DNA of 64,000 bases, from contig CAVPHR010000001.1 in the NCBI GenBank assembly GCA_963704775.1, forward strand, positions 602,582 through 666,581, written 5' to 3'. The notes below the pieces were generated by a model. It saw nothing but the letters and a program-made list of their open reading frames with translations. It ran no database searches and had not been told where the DNA came from. Position numbers and translations under genes: made by a program. This document shows, piece after piece, positions 7,966 to 18,130 of the stretch. The DNA is from an uncultured Chloroflexia bacterium (lineage in GTDB: Bacteria > Chloroflexota > Limnocylindria > Limnocylindrales > CSP1-4). How positions within the stretch are numbered: the first letter of the stretch is position 1; every line of letters begins with the position of its first letter.

Positions 7966-9963
7966 ATGTCGTCGGTCCGTCACGGCGCCCAGTGGGCGTC
8001 TAGCCCCCAGTCGACGCAAACCCTCAATTCCCCCACCGACGTCCGAGCCCCTTCCCCCGACTTCCCAGCCCCGTCACTCGACCCCCGATCCCGTCCGTCA
8101 CGGACCCGCCGCCGCTCACGATCGTCGAGCGCTGCGGCCCTCTCGATCGGTCTGGTCGTCGCCCTTCTGCTCACCGTCGCCGCGTTCAGCACGTCCGCCT
8201 CCGCGGCCGGCGGCTACATCCTGATGCCCCGCTCCGAGCTCCTCGCGCGCCCGATGAGCGGCACGGCATGGGCGAATCTCGTCGACGTGGCCAATGGCAG
8301 CCTCGGCAGTGCCGACTTGTGCGATATCAACTCCGATCATCATCTGCGCACGCTGGCCGCCGCCCTCGTCTTCGCTCGCACCGGGGACGCGGCATACGGC
8401 ACGAAGGCTCGCGCCGGCGTCATGGCCGGGATCGCCAGCCAGAGTGATGGCTGCGGGAACGCCGTCCTGGCACTCGGTCGGCAGCTCACCGGATACGTGT
8501 TGGCGGCGGATTTCGCCGGCCTGTCGGGCGCCAATGAGACCGCGTTCCGCGCCTGGCTCAGCGCTATCCGGACGAAGAACATCGGTGGGCATTCGACGCG
8601 ATACGCCCTCAACCGCACCCACAACATCTCGGTGAACAACTGGGGTGCGTACGCGGGCGCATCGAGGATCGCGGCCGACCTGTACCTCGGCGATGACGCC
8701 GACCTCGGGGCCGCCGCGAAGGTGACCCGTGGCTTCCTGGGGGACCGCGCGGCCTACGCCGGGTGGGACGCAAACCTCGAATCCGACGACCTGTCGTGGT
8801 CGTGCACCGGAGCCGCCGGTTTCACCCCGGTGAACGACGCGTGCACCAAGAGTGGGGTCAACCTTGACGGCGGCGTCGCCGCCGACATCAGCCGCGGCGG
8901 GTCGCTCACCTGGCCGCCGCCCAAGACCGGCGTCCAGTACCAGCTCGACTCGATCCAGGGCCTCGGCCTCCAGGTCGAACTCCTGTATCGCAACGGCTAT
9001 GCCAACGCGTGGTCCTGGTCGAACTCAGCCCTCAAGCGGATGGCCGCCATGGTCACCCGATCCGCCAATGCCGGCGGGACCGGCTGGAACGCAACGAACA
9101 CCAGCCGGCAGATGCCGTGGCTGCTCAACGAGCGATACGGCACGTCGATCCCGACGTCCTGGTCCGGCATGGGCCGTGGCATCGGGTTCACCGACTGGCT
9201 CTACGGGAATGGCGGCGGCAGCGCTGCGCCGAAGCCGACGTCCAAGCCCAAGCCGACGCCGAAGCCGACTACGACGCCGAAGCCGCCCGGCGGCGGGAGC
9301 GATCCGGTCGTCACCACGCCTGCCCTCCGACTGGCCAGGAAGGCCGTCGCCCCGGCGGTCGGCGTGCCGGCTCTCGTGACCTGGAGCCTCGCGGGCAGTC
9401 TGAGTGGCCTCCGCCGCTACGACCTGCAGTACAAGCGCGACGGCGGCGCCTTCACGAAGGCGTCGCTCACGTCTGCCGGCGCCCGATCCAAGTGGGTGAC
9501 CCTCTACGGGGGCCACACCTACACCTTCCGCGTTCGCGCGGTCGACAAGAAGGGTCGCGTCGGCGAATGGAAGACGGTCGGGCCACGCCTGGGTGCCCGG
9601 GTATCCGACGCCTCGGCGTCGATCACCTGGAAGGGCAAGTGGGCGGCCGTCAAGCTCAAGAAGTACTTCGGCGGCGCGGCCCATTGGACCAAGATCAATG
9701 GCGCCACCGCCACGCTTCGCTTCAAGGGGACCAGCGTCGCCTGGGTCGGACCGGTCGGCGGGACCCGTGGCAAGGCGAAGGTCTATATCGACGGCAAGCT
9801 GGTGACGACGGTCGACCTCAAGACGGCCGCGTTCCATCCCCGTCGCGTCGTGTTCGCAGCGAGCGTGAAGAATGGTTCCCACACGCTCGTCATCAAGGCG
9901 CTCGGTACGCGCGGCCGACCAACGGTCGCCATCGACGCCATCTACGTCGTGGCGCCGAGCTGA
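7966..9963 (+). CDS. secreted polysaccharide-lyase-like protein with PT linker, FN3-like and carbohydrate-binding-like C-terminal domains
   Basis: ATG 7966 is preceded by AGGAAGGAG. TM/signal segment LSIGLVVALLLTVAAFSTSASA; lyase-like domain paralogous to 283..1770 (NNWGAYAG). The linker PKPTSKPKPTPKPTTTPKPP is followed by YDLQYKRDGG...YTFRVRAVD and a beta-rich module. Confidence 0.65.
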   Translation: MSSVRHGAQWASSPQSTQTLNSPTDVRAPSPDFPAPSLDPRSRPSRTRRRSRSSSAAALSIGLVVALLLTVAAFSTSASAAGGYILMPRSELLARPMSGTAWANLVDVANGSLGSADLCDINSDHHLRTLAAALVFARTGDAAYGTKARAGVMAGIASQSDGCGNAVLALGRQLTGYVLAADFAGLSGANETAFRAWLSAIRTKNIGGHSTRYALNRTHNISVNNWGAYAGASRIAADLYLGDDADLGAAAKVTRGFLGDRAAYAGWDANLESDDLSWSCTGAAGFTPVNDACTKSGVNLDGGVAADISRGGSLTWPPPKTGVQYQLDSIQGLGLQVELLYRNGYANAWSWSNSALKRMAAMVTRSANAGGTGWNATNTSRQMPWLLNERYGTSIPTSWSGMGRGIGFTDWLYGNGGGSAAPKPTSKPKPTPKPTTTPKPPGGGSDPVVTTPALRLARKAVAPAVGVPALVTWSLAGSLSGLRRYDLQYKRDGGAFTKASLTSAGARSKWVTLYGGHTYTFRVRAVDKKGRVGEWKTVGPRLGARVSDASASITWKGKWAAVKLKKYFGGAAHWTKINGATATLRFKGTSVAWVGPVGGTRGKAKVYIDGKLVTTVDLKTAAFHPRRVVFAASVKNGSHTLVIKALGTRGRPTVAIDAIYVVAPS

Positions 9964-9988
9964 CCCCCTCCGCGCCACATACGGGACC

Positions 9989-10022
9989 CCAGGACGCTCC
10001 GGCATTCGCCGGGGCGTCCTGG
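9989..10022. terminator. bidirectional terminator hairpin between convergent genes
   Basis: CCAGGACGCUCCGGC-AUUC-GCCGGGGCGUCCUGG (15-bp stem with one G-U), then AUUCUC on the plus strand. Lies between the stops at 9963 (+) and 10070 (-). Confidence 0.7.
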
Positions 10023-10069
10023 ATTCTCAGGCGCGGCTGGGCCGCCGGTGAACTGCCCTGGCGCGCCCC

Positions 10070-11515
10070 CTAGCTGGGCTGGGCCAGGACCATGATGCGG
10101 ATCTCCGTCATGTCCTCGATGGCCCAGCGGAGGCCTTCGCGGCCGAGGCCTGAGTCCTTGACCCCGCCGTAGGGCATGTGGTCCGTCCGGTACGTCGGCA
10201 CGTCGTTGATGATGACGCCGCCGACCTCGAGCTCACCGAATGCCCGCCACGCACCGGCGAGGTCGTTGGTGAAGACGCCGGTCTGGAGCCCGAACATGCT
10301 GTCGTTGACCATCGCGATCGCGTCGTCGAGCTCGCGGAACTTCGTCGCGACAACGAGCGGCGCGAACGCCTCGTTCGAGCAGACCGCGGCGGTCCGCGGG
10401 ACGTCGGTCAGGATCGTCGGCGGGAAGAACGTGCCGTCGGCCTTGCCGCCGACGAGGATCTTGCCGCCGAGGTCGACGGCCTCGTCCACCCAGCGCTGGG
10501 TCCGCGACGCCGCGTTCTCGTCGACCATCGGCCCGACGTCGGTCGTCGGGTCGAGCGGGTCGCCGACCTTGAGCGCCGCCGCCCCTGCCGAGAACTTGTC
10601 CATGAACTCGTCCCAGACGTCCTCGTGGATGAACGCCCGCTGGACGCTGATGCAGACCTGGCCCGCATAAGCGAAGCCGCCGACGAGGTTCCGCTTGACG
10701 GCCCAGTCGATGTTCGCGGACTTGTCGACGATGACGCCGGCGTTGCCGCCCAGCTCGAGCACGACCTTCTTCTTGCCGGCCCGCTCCTTCATCCGCCAGC
10801 CGACGGACGGCGAGCCGGTGAATGTCAGGAGCTTGAACCGTTCGTCGGCCACCATCCGGTCGCCCAGCTCGCGCGTCATCGGCAGGATGCTGACGGACCC
10901 TGCCGGCACGCCGGCCGACTCGATGATCTCGGCCACTGCCAGCATCACGAGCGGGTCCTTGGACGGCGGCTTGAGCACGATGGGATTGCCCGACGCGATC
11001 GCCGGCGACACCTTGTGGGCCGCGAGGTTCAACGGGAAGTTGAACGGGCTGATGCCGGCGATCGGGCCGATCGGGAAGCGCCGGGTGATCCCCACGCGGT
11101 CCTTGGACGCGGGCGCGATATCGAGCGGGATGAGCTCGCCGGTCATCCGCTCGGCCTCCTCGGCGCCGAGGCGGAACGTGATCACGGCCCGGTCGACCTC
11201 GACGAGCGCATCACGGATCGGCTTGCCGGCCTCAAGAGCGATCAGCCGCCCCAGCTCCTCGCGACGCGCCTTGATCCCGGCGCTGATCTCGCGCAGGATC
11301 CGGCCCCGCTCGTAGGCGGGCAGGTGGCGCGTGACCTCGAACGCGGCGACCGCCGCCTCGACCGCCTCCTCGTACTGCGCCTCGGTGGCGTTGAACGTCG
11401 AGCCGGCCGGCGTGGACGGGTCCGCCGGGTTGGCGACGACGAGCGGATCGGGCGAGTCCACCCAGCGCCCGGCAAGGAAGATCGGGTGTGGCTTGGCGCC
11501 GGCGGCGATGGTCAT
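10070..11515 (-). CDS. NAD(P)-dependent aldehyde dehydrogenase family protein
   Basis: 481-aa ORF with ALDH hallmarks (FTGSPSVG, ELGGNAG, GQVCISVQR catalytic Cys region). Confidence 0.9.
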   Translation of the reverse strand: MTIAAGAKPHPIFLAGRWVDSPDPLVVANPADPSTPAGSTFNATEAQYEEAVEAAVAAFEVTRHLPAYERGRILREISAGIKARREELGRLIALEAGKPIRDALVEVDRAVITFRLGAEEAERMTGELIPLDIAPASKDRVGITRRFPIGPIAGISPFNFPLNLAAHKVSPAIASGNPIVLKPPSKDPLVMLAVAEIIESAGVPAGSVSILPMTRELGDRMVADERFKLLTFTGSPSVGWRMKERAGKKKVVLELGGNAGVIVDKSANIDWAVKRNLVGGFAYAGQVCISVQRAFIHEDVWDEFMDKFSAGAAALKVGDPLDPTTDVGPMVDENAASRTQRWVDEAVDLGGKILVGGKADGTFFPPTILTDVPRTAAVCSNEAFAPLVVATKFRELDDAIAMVNDSMFGLQTGVFTNDLAGAWRAFGELEVGGVIINDVPTYRTDHMPYGGVKDSGLGREGLRWAIEDMTEIRIMVLAQPS

Positions 11516-11569
11516 CGGATGGGTACCTCAGGTCGAGGGAGTGCGTGTCGGCGATGGTATCGCCTTGCC

Positions 11570-12052
11570 TCAAGCGGGGGTCGAGCCGTTGCCGTCCAGC
11601 CGCTCGACGGCGGTCTTGATCTGCTGCTCGAGCGAGAGGATGGTGTGCTCGAGCGACTCGACCCGCTCGAGGATCTCCCTGTTGCCCTTCAGGAGGCGCT
11701 CGTTCTGCTCCTCCTCGAGGTCGCCCTCAGCCGCCGCGTGCTCGAGGGTCAGCCGGTCCCGCATCTCGGTCCGGTTGCCGGCCAGCAGGATCAGGGGCGC
11801 CGCGTATGCCGCCTGGGTGGAGAACGCGAGGTTGAGGAGGATGAACGGGTACGGGTCGAAGTGGAAGAGCAGGATCACGTTCCCGCCGATCCAGATCACG
11901 ACGAGGATCGTCTGGATGACCAGGAACCGCCAGCTGCCGAGGAACCCGGTCACGCGGTCGGCGATGCGGGCACCGAGGGGCGCGTCGACATCCATCGCGA
12001 CGTTGACGGGGTGACGCAGTCGGGACAGTCTGGATGCGGTCGCTGGCATCAT
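11570..12052 (-). CDS. DUF1003-like membrane protein
   Basis: GSWRFLVIQTILVVIWI...DPYPFILLNLAFSTQAAYAAPLILLAGNR matches the DUF1003 pattern as I recall it. Start moved to MMPATAS (12052) to avoid overlapping the divergent PPK2 gene. Confidence 0.65.
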   Translation of the reverse strand: MMPATASRLSRLRHPVNVAMDVDAPLGARIADRVTGFLGSWRFLVIQTILVVIWIGGNVILLFHFDPYPFILLNLAFSTQAAYAAPLILLAGNRTEMRDRLTLEHAAAEGDLEEEQNERLLKGNREILERVESLEHTILSLEQQIKTAVERLDGNGSTPA

Positions 12053-12119
12053 CGGGATCGGCTCCTGTGGTCGGTCGTTCGGGGTCCACGCACGGGACCC
12101 GCCGTGCGACGATACGCCG

Positions 12120-12929
12120 ATGGCTGATCTTCGCTCGCGACTGCTCGTCGAACCGGGCAACCCCATCCAGCTGGAGAAGCTGGATCCCGGCGCGACCCAC
12201 GGCTACGACAAGGCGGCCGGCGCCACCGAGACCTCCAAACAGCTCGATCGCCTGGCCGATCTGCAGGACCGGATCTGGGCCGAGGCCAAGCACAGCGTCC
12301 TGGTCGTCCTCCAGGGGATCGACGCCGCCGGCAAGGACGGCACGATCAAGAAAGTGATGGAGGCCTTCAACCCGCAGGGTTGTCCGGTCACGAGCTTCAA
12401 GGTTCCCAGCACCGAGGAGCTCAGCCACGACTACCTCTGGCGCGTCCATCAGCACGTCCCGCGCAAGGGCGAGATCGGGGTGTTCAACCGCTCGCACTAC
12501 GAGGACGTCCTCGTCGTCCGCGTCCATGGCTTCGTGCCCAAGTCGGTCTGGTCGAAGCGCTACCGGCAGATCAACGACTGGGAGCGGATGCTGACCGAGT
12601 CCGGGACGACGATCGTCAAGTTCTTCCTCTCGATCGATCGCGACGAGCAGCGCAAGCGCTTCCAGGCCCGCTACGACGATCCCACGCGGCGCTGGAAGTT
12701 CTCGCTCGGCGACCTCGAGGAGCGCAAGCTCTGGGACGACTACCAGGCGGCGTTCGACGACGCCCTCTCGAAGACGTCAACGTCGTGGGCGCCCTGGTAC
12801 GTCATCCCGGCGAACAACAAGTGGTTCCGGAACCTGGCCGTCTCGATGATCCTGGCCGACACGATCGCGGCCCTCAAGCCCGCCTATCCGGCGCCGCCGG
12901 ACCTGCCCAAGAACCTTGTGATCGAGTAG
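12120..12929 (+). CDS. ppk2: polyphosphate kinase 2 (PPK2) family protein
   Basis: LVVLQGIDAAGKDGTIKKVM Walker A-like motif, YLWRVHQHVPRKGEIGVFNRSHYEDVLV; 269 aa, single PPK2 domain. Confidence 0.9.
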   Translation: MADLRSRLLVEPGNPIQLEKLDPGATHGYDKAAGATETSKQLDRLADLQDRIWAEAKHSVLVVLQGIDAAGKDGTIKKVMEAFNPQGCPVTSFKVPSTEELSHDYLWRVHQHVPRKGEIGVFNRSHYEDVLVVRVHGFVPKSVWSKRYRQINDWERMLTESGTTIVKFFLSIDRDEQRKRFQARYDDPTRRWKFSLGDLEERKLWDDYQAAFDDALSKTSTSWAPWYVIPANNKWFRNLAVSMILADTIAALKPAYPAPPDLPKNLVIE

Positions 12930-12951
12930 TCCCGGGCCCGTCCCGCCGCGA

Positions 12952-14629
12952 CTACTTGGACTTGCCGCCGCCGAAGAGGGTGCCGAAGACGCCGCGGATG
13001 ATGTCCTGGCCGAGGCGCGACGTGACGACCTTGCCGCCGGTCCGGATCGCGGTGTCCACCGACTTCTGGCGCTGCCGCGCAGCCGTCGCCGCCGCCTTCT
13101 CCTCGGCCTTGCGCTGGCGCTCCGCCTCCTTGGCCGCCGCCTTCTGGGCCGCCTCGTACTCGCGTTGCTGCCGGGCCATCTCGCGCGCCTGCTGGGCCGG
13201 CGTCATCGAGTTCATGCCGGTCGCGGTCGTCGGGTCGACACCGGCCCGCATCGCGGCATCGACCGTGGCCTGACGCGCGGCCGGCAAGCCGCGCCGTGAT
13301 CCGCTCGTGCGCGCTGTCCCGATCGATGGTCGCGCCGTACTTCGCCTGGAACGGGCTCGTCGCGATGCGGCCCTGGAACTGGACCGCGTCGATGGGCGCC
13401 ATCAGCGAGTCCGGAGCCTGGAGCCGGGTCGCCGCCAGCGGCGTCGGCACGCCCCGCGGCGAGAGGACCGTGACCAGCGCCTCGCCCGTCCCGAGCGAGG
13501 TGATCGTCCGCTCGACGTCGTAGAAGTCGGTCATCGGGAACGTCCGGGCGGTCTTGCGCAGCGCGTCGGCGTCGTCGGGCGTGTAGGCCCGCAGCGCGTG
13601 CTGGACGCGGTTGCCGAGCTGGGCCAGGACCGGCGACGGCACGTCGGTCGGGGTCTGCGTGACGAAGTAGACGCCGACGCCCTTCGAGCGGATGAGCCGG
13701 GCGGTCCGCTCGACCTGGTCCATCAGCGCCTCGGTGGCGTCGTCGAAGAGCAGGTGCGCCTCGTCGAAGAAGAAGCACAGCTTCGGCTTGGGCAGGTCGC
13801 CGGCCTCGGGCAGGCTCTCGTACAGCTGGGCCAGCATCCAGAGCATGAACGTGGAGAACAGCCGCGGCTGGTCCATGACATCCGAGAGCTCGAGGATGCT
13901 GATGATCCCCTCGCCTTCCGGCGTCGAGCGCACGAGGTCCTCGACCTCGAACTCCGGCTCGCCGAAGAAGACGTCCGCGCCCTCCTGCTCGAGGACGACG
14001 ATCGAACGCAGGAGCACGCCGACCGACGCCGCCGACATCCCGCCGTAGTCGGCGAGGATCGGCTTGCCCTCGTCGGACGACAGGAACTTGAGCGTCGTCG
14101 CGAGGTCCTTGAGGTCGAGCAGCGGCAGGTCGTTGTCGTCGCAGTACTTGAAGATCAGCGCGAGGATGCTCGTCTGCGTCTCGTTGAGGTCCAGGACCTT
14201 CCCGAGCAGGAGCGGTCCGAACGAGTGGACCGACGCCCGCACCTGCGCCCCGAGCTTGCCCGACAGCGACAGGAATTCGACCGGATGACCCGACGCCTGG
14301 AACTCCAGGCCCAGCGACGTCATGCGCTCGACGACCTTGGGGTTCGTCGCGTCGCCGGGTGCGGCCAGGCCGGTCAGGTCGCCCTTGATGTCCGCGACGA
14401 ACACCGGGACGCCGGCCTTCGAGAGCTGCCCGGCCATCAGCTGGAGCGTCTTGGTCTTGCCGGTGCCGGTGGCCCCCGCGATGAGGCCGTGGCGGTTGAG
14501 CATCGAGAGGGCGACCTGGACGTGGACGTCGTTGAACAGCTCGCCGTCCCGAAGGGCGCTGCCCAGCACGACACCCGGCTCGGTGAGCGTATAACCGGCC
14601 GTCATGGCATCGCGGAACGCCTGGTCCAT
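12952..14629 (-). CDS. DUF853/HerA-like P-loop ATPase (one apparent frame shift near 13285..13292)
   Basis: ATG 14629 with GGAGGG upstream; Walker A GATGTGKTKT. The body lies in frame 12884..15022 up to ...ERITARL. The characteristic tail ...QDIIRGVFGTLFGGGKSK continues in ORF 12952..13287. Confidence 0.75.
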
Positions 14630-14809
14630 CAGTCCCTCCGGAGGCGCGCGAACGATGGTCGAGCGGGGAAAGCCAAGCGTATCATCGGCCTCCTGCCCCT
14701 GGCCGGACCCAGTCACGGCCACGGACGATGACGTCGAGGAGGACGGCAGATGGCGAGCATCGAAGACGTCGAGTGGATCGGCCCGGTCGACGGCCAGAAC
14801 CACTGACCC

Positions 14810-15184
14810 ATGGGCGGGTTCCGTGAGTTCCTGACCAGGAGCAACGCCCTGGCCCTGGCGATCGGCGTCGTCATCGGCGTCGCCCTTGGTGGCGTCGTGA
14901 ACTCGCTCGTCAACGACGTGATCATGCCGCCCATCGGCTACGTGCTGGGCGGCGTCAACTTCGATCAGCTGAAGATCGTGCTCGGGACGAACACGACCAC
15001 CGGCGAAGAGGTCGCGATCCACTGGGGCCGCCTGGTCAACGCGGTGATCGTCTTCGTGGTCGTGTCGTTCGTCGTCTACTGGATCAGCAAGGCCTTCATC
15101 AAGGAGGCGCCGCCTGCCGGCCCCTCCGCCGAGGAGACCTTGCTGACCGAGATCCGCGACGAGCTGCGCAAGCGCCCGTCGTAG
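14810..15184 (+). CDS. mscL: large-conductance mechanosensitive channel
   Basis: 124 aa with the classic MscL N-terminus FREFLTRSNALALAIGVVIGVALGGVVNSLVNDVIMPPIG. Confidence 0.95.
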   Translation: MGGFREFLTRSNALALAIGVVIGVALGGVVNSLVNDVIMPPIGYVLGGVNFDQLKIVLGTNTTTGEEVAIHWGRLVNAVIVFVVVSFVVYWISKAFIKEAPPAGPSAEETLLTEIRDELRKRPS

Positions 15185-15190
15185 GCGCCG

Positions 15191-18052
15191 CTACTCGAAG
15201 TAGCCCGTGACGTCCAGGATGAGGTGGGTCCTGCCGGACGCCGCCCTGTAGATGAGGCTCATGTTGCCGCTCCCGTTGAGCGGGACGGTGACCCCATTGG
15301 CGCGCGTGTCGCCGAGCGGGAAGTTGATCGTCGATGTCGTGGGTGCCGGATCCGTGTCCGGCGTGATCGCGACGAATCCGCCCTTGGTCTGGCCGGTGAC
15401 CGTGAGGTTGCCGGTCACGGCCTTCGCCCCGGCGGGCACGCCCCAATGGCCGTCGGTGTCGAGCGCACGGGACACGTTGTGGTTGAACGATCCCGTCAGG
15501 CCGGACAGCAGGCTGGTCCTGGTATCCATGACCCGCCCGGGGTTGAGGGCGTGGAACAGCAGGCCGTCGCCGGCCGGCAGGTAGTAGCCGGTCACGTCGA
15601 GGATCAGGTCCGTCCGTGAACCGGCCGGCCCCTTGTACACGAGCCAGATGTCGCCGCCGGCTCCAAGCTTCGCCGTGAGCCCGTTGGCCCGGGTGTCGCC
15701 GATAGGGAAGTTGATGTTCGACGTCGTCGGGGCTGAGTCGGACGTGGGCGTGATCGACACGAAGCCGCCCTTGGTCTGGCCGACCACGGTCAGGTTGGCC
15801 GTCACCGCGACGGCGTCGGCCGGGAACGCCGTTGTTGCCCGCGATCACGAGCTGGCGGGGCACACCGGTCTGGAACCGGTTGGTCAGGCCGATCCCGTAG
15901 GCCGCCCGGCTGTCGAGGACACGAGTCGGGGCCAGCGTGTTGTAGGCGGCGTCCTCGGTGCCGGGCAGGAAGTAGCCGGTGACGTCGAAGAGGATGTGGG
16001 CCTTCTTGCCGGCGGCCGCCTTGTAGACGACGGACAGCGTGCCGTTCGAGGCCACAGGGGAGGTCACGTTGTTGGCCCGCGTGTCCGTTGAGCGGGAAGT
16101 TGATGGTCGACGAGCCCGGGGTGCTCGTCGGCGTCGTCGTGACGGACGCGAAGCCGCCGGCCGTCTGGCCCGTGATCGTGACGTTGCCGGTCACTGCGAT
16201 GGCGTCGGCGGGGATGCTGCCGACACCGGCGACGGCGAACGTCTTGGGCGTGCTCGCGTTGAAGATGCCGGTCACGCCGACGTTGCTCCGACTGTCGAGC
16301 GACCCGCAGTGGAGCGATCGGGACGTACGTCGCGCCGCCGGTCTGGAGCTGCGAGACCTTCGTCTCCCAGTTGTGCCCGCCGGTGGCGAACTGGTTCGCC
16401 TGCCAGACGGCGTCAGGAACCTGCGGGTCCTGCGCCACACCGACGAAGTCGCCCCAGCGCTCGCCGGTGAAGGTGCCACCGATGCCGTTGGCGATCTCAT
16501 GGAATCCCCGCAGGGTATTGGCCGCATCCGTGGGGAGTTGATACGCGGTCTGTGACGCCGGCTCATCGCCCGCCGTCGCCGACGAGCGAGTCCAGACGAC
16601 GTGGAGCGTCCCGTTGCCGGACTGACCGATCCCGCCGAAGTAGTTGTCGATCCCGTTCTCGGCGATCACGAAGTCCTGGGCGGCGGTCGGTGGCGATGTG
16701 ACCGCTCCGCCCGTGTTCAGCTGCGTCACGCGGACGCAGTCCCGCAGCGTGGAATCGCCCGTCCGGCATGCAGCCATTCGTCGAGACCCAGGTGAAGAGA
16801 CCGTTCTGCCAGATCGCGTCGGTGGGACGCGTGTCGATCGCAGTCGTGACGCGATCGACCGCCGGGCTGTGCAGGGCTCCCAGGCTGGCAGGGCGATCGT
16901 TTCCGCCGACGATCCCGGCATCGGTCAGTTGGGTCTCGAACGGGAAGGCGATGGTCCCCGCGACGGTGCCGGTGATCCTGAGGTAGTAGGGAGTGCGAAC
17001 CGAGTTCGGGAAGACGCCTGTCGTGCGCTCGGCCACGTAGTGCAGCGTCGCGGACGTCGCGGGTGACTGGACGCGCGACTCGTCCCGTGTTGTACTCGGG
17101 GCTGACCAGGGCGAAGGCGTCGAAGTCCACGAACCCGTTCGATCCGCCGAACGCCAGGACGTCGGCCCAATCGGTGACGATGAGTCTCCGTGCGACTCTC
17201 CACCGGGGCGAAAAGGCAGTCGGGGACCGGGCTCAACGTGAACATGTTGGCGGTGAACGCGAGCTTGTCGGTCGACGTGCCCGGGGCCGGGAAGTCGGGC
17301 AGCTCGTTCAGGAAGCCGAAGAAGTACAGGTCCCACACGCCGGTCGGGTCCGCGGTCCGCGACACGATGAAGTCGATGTAGCCGATCGGGTCATCGGCGG
17401 TGGCGTCGCCGTCGCCATCGCAGGTCCAGCTGACCTCCGTGCCGACCCATCGGCCGTGGAGGCTGTCGTAGATGACGCGCGGGTCGGAGTTGCCGAAGCC
17501 CGGTGGGAGGTTGAAGAGCTCCGGGATGCCGATCTCGGTCTGGGGGATCTCGACTGCGCCAACACGGTCGAAGATCTGGAGGACCGTATTGACGGTCTGC
17601 ACGACGTGCTCGGGCCCGACCGCGACCCAGGGATCCGGAGGTTGGGACAGGGCGTCGGCGAACGAGAAGCCGTCCCACGCCGGACCGGTCGCCGGGGCGA
17701 CCAGGTCTTCTACGGGCGTGATCATGGCAGTCGGAGGTGGGACCGCCAACGCCCCGACGCCGGCCGGACCGCTCGCGGCACCCGCATGGAGTCCCTTGGA
17801 CGAGTTCCCCAGGAATGGAAGCTGCGGCCGCGAAGAGCGAGACTGCACCGGCTTCGAGAGCTTGCTGACGTTGATCGATCCGCGCGACCCGCCACGCACG
17901 CCCGAGTCCTTCTTGACGGCGCTGGCCTTCGCGCCGTCGGTCTTGGGCCCGGCCGCGAGGGCGGCGGGCGACACGGTGAAGGCCGTCGTCGCGACCAGCA
18001 TCGCGAGAGAGGCGAGGACGAGCAGGCGGGAGCGGCGGACTGGGCGGCGCAT
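15191..18052 (-). CDS. large secreted protein with three tandem ~100-aa C-terminal repeats (about 7 apparent frame shifts)
   Basis: Signal peptide MRRPVRRSRLLVLASLAMLVATTAFTVSPAALA with GGAGGG upstream. The sequence continues through ORFs 16925..18052, 16726..17130, 16563..17336, 16064..16921, 15802..16566, 15099..16067 and 15191..15805. Repeats follow AVTGN(L/V)T(V/I)TGQT.GGF...TP....P.TS(T/N)INFP.GDTRANG...DVTGY(F/Y). Confidence 0.65.
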
Positions 18053-18130
18053 CGTTTCCCTCCAGGCGATGACCTGATCCCGGACCTGCGCGGTCGCGTG
18101 GCCGGAGGATAGCGGATGACCGGCCCGCGT

